DNA of 64,000 nucleotides from Psammoneis japonica (taxonomy: Eukaryota): positions 434,001 to 498,000 of the forward strand of contig QPGO01000048.1 of assembly GCA_008632985.1 (NCBI GenBank), read 5' to 3'. Below the pieces are notes generated by a model. The model saw only the letters and a list, made by a program, of their open reading frames with translations, did not search any database and was not told the DNA's origin. The translations under genes were made by a program, and so were the position numbers. Below are positions 62,770 through 64,000 of the stretch, piece by piece (within the stretch, counting starts at the first letter, position 1; every line of letters starts with the position of its first letter).

Positions 62770-63187
62770 GAATTGACAGATGGCTTTTTGCGAGGGCGGC
62801 TTTGTTGATTGCACTTGTGCTTCCATTTGAGCACACATGCCTTGAACAGGGAAGGTGTCGGGAACACAGTCACCACAGCAAAAGCACCCTCCTCCAAAAT
62901 GCCTGCTTTGCTGAAGAAAAGATGAGGAAACAATGTTGAGAGCACAAGAAATGACACTTTCGGCCCCATTGCTCAAGAAAAGCATGCCCAATGCAGCCAT
63001 TGACAACATTGCACCATCCACCAGAGTTGGGGTGCACATTAAAAAAACCACTCGCAACTCTGAAGGCAAGGGCACTGGTGGAAATTTTTTCACAAGTGCC
63101 GTGGACTTCAGCCTTGGCTCCACCAGGAAACAACTCTGACAAGCAACACAGTGGCAATTGTCTTGTCAACATCCTGTCAAGCATGAC

Positions 63188-63220
<33 letters not shown>

Positions 63221-64000
63221 TCAAAGCATTGCTCAAGCACAGGAAGGAGTTGGCTTGGGGTCAATTGCTTGTCACTCCAGCACAGCACATTGTTGCATCT
63301 GTCCACACATTGCCAGAGACGAGCTGTCTGCTTTTCCACTGGCATCTTGCCAAAAATCTTCTGGCTTGGCCATCTTCTTTTTGGGGCAGCTCAAAAGTGA
63401 CAAAGCTCAGTGCCATCCAAGCCAACATTTCCTGAGCTGCCAGTGACAGAAAGCTGCTGGGGTGCCCCTTTGACAGCCAGCACAGGGGATGCACAGTGTT
63501 TTTTTTTTCCTGGCTTTTCCATTTTCTCAGCTTGCAATGGGGAAAGCAGCTCACAATCTAGATGGTCACTTGCCTTTCCTCATGCTGCTCCACTTGTTTG
63601 GGAAGTCTTGCCCCAAGTTTGTGCAGTGTTGTCAGATGTGTGCTCGCAGGGTCAGCTGTGGCATGTGCTGTGTCACAGCAGCAGTGGAGCAGCATTGCTG
63701 ATGATGAGACTGTTGTCCAGGCTCATGGGAGCTTTGCTGTGCATTTTCACAGGGGCGCGCCAATCAACCATGGCAAAGTGTTGTGCTTTCTTCAGGGTTT
63801 TTGTTGTCAAGTGATGCAATGCCAGTGAAGCTCCATCTAGAGCCATGAGCCATTTGGCAAACATTGACCAAGTCATGATCTTGTTGACTTGCATGTCTCA
63901 TGCAGTGCACCTCATCACATGCCTCAAATTTTAGTTGGATTTTTAATTGCAGTTGCTGCACTCAAAGTCTGTGCCACCAGGAAAATGAATGAAGGGCACC
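62770..64000. other. Hypermutated domain 3 (TpA/CpG-depleted, runs off the window), with (GA)n at about 63192-63216
   Basis: Same TG/CA-saturated, TA- and CG-poor composition as domain 2. Confidence 0.85.

Overview
Eukaryotic nuclear DNA, most likely from a diatom. Evidence: short GT-AG introns, bipartite plastid-targeting leaders with AF(A/S)P-type motifs, and a diatom-type cyclin. The window alternates between two compartments. (1) Ordinary gene-dense DNA at about 17.8-54.6 kb and 59.7-62.8 kb holds about 19 genes: TrmB-type tRNA methyltransferase, two WD40 proteins, adenylate kinase, FTR catalytic subunit, MBD4-like glycosylase, PELP1/Rix1, RluA-like synthase, BRUTUS-like hemerythrin-RING ligase, SET-like protein, cyclin, DysF protein, HflX, UTP14, a 2OG-Fe(II) oxygenase, riboflavin kinase and unknowns. 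(2) Three sharply bounded domains (about 1-17.8 kb, 54.6-59.7 kb, 62.8-64 kb) have lost almost all TpA dinucleotides, which appear converted to TpG/CpA. Domain 1 contains a dead Crypton-like tyrosine-recombinase element, a dead APE-RT-RNaseH LINE, tandem repeats and host-gene relics (glutathione reductase, chitin-binding domain). Conserved Tyr codons in these relics read Cys/His, including the RT YxDD and the recombinase catalytic Tyr. Domains 2 and 3 have additionally lost CpG. The main result is this apparent repeat-targeted, RIP-like but opposite-direction (TpA->TpG/CpA, A:T->G:C) hypermutation, which I do not know to be described. All dinucleotide statements come from reading by eye and were not computed.
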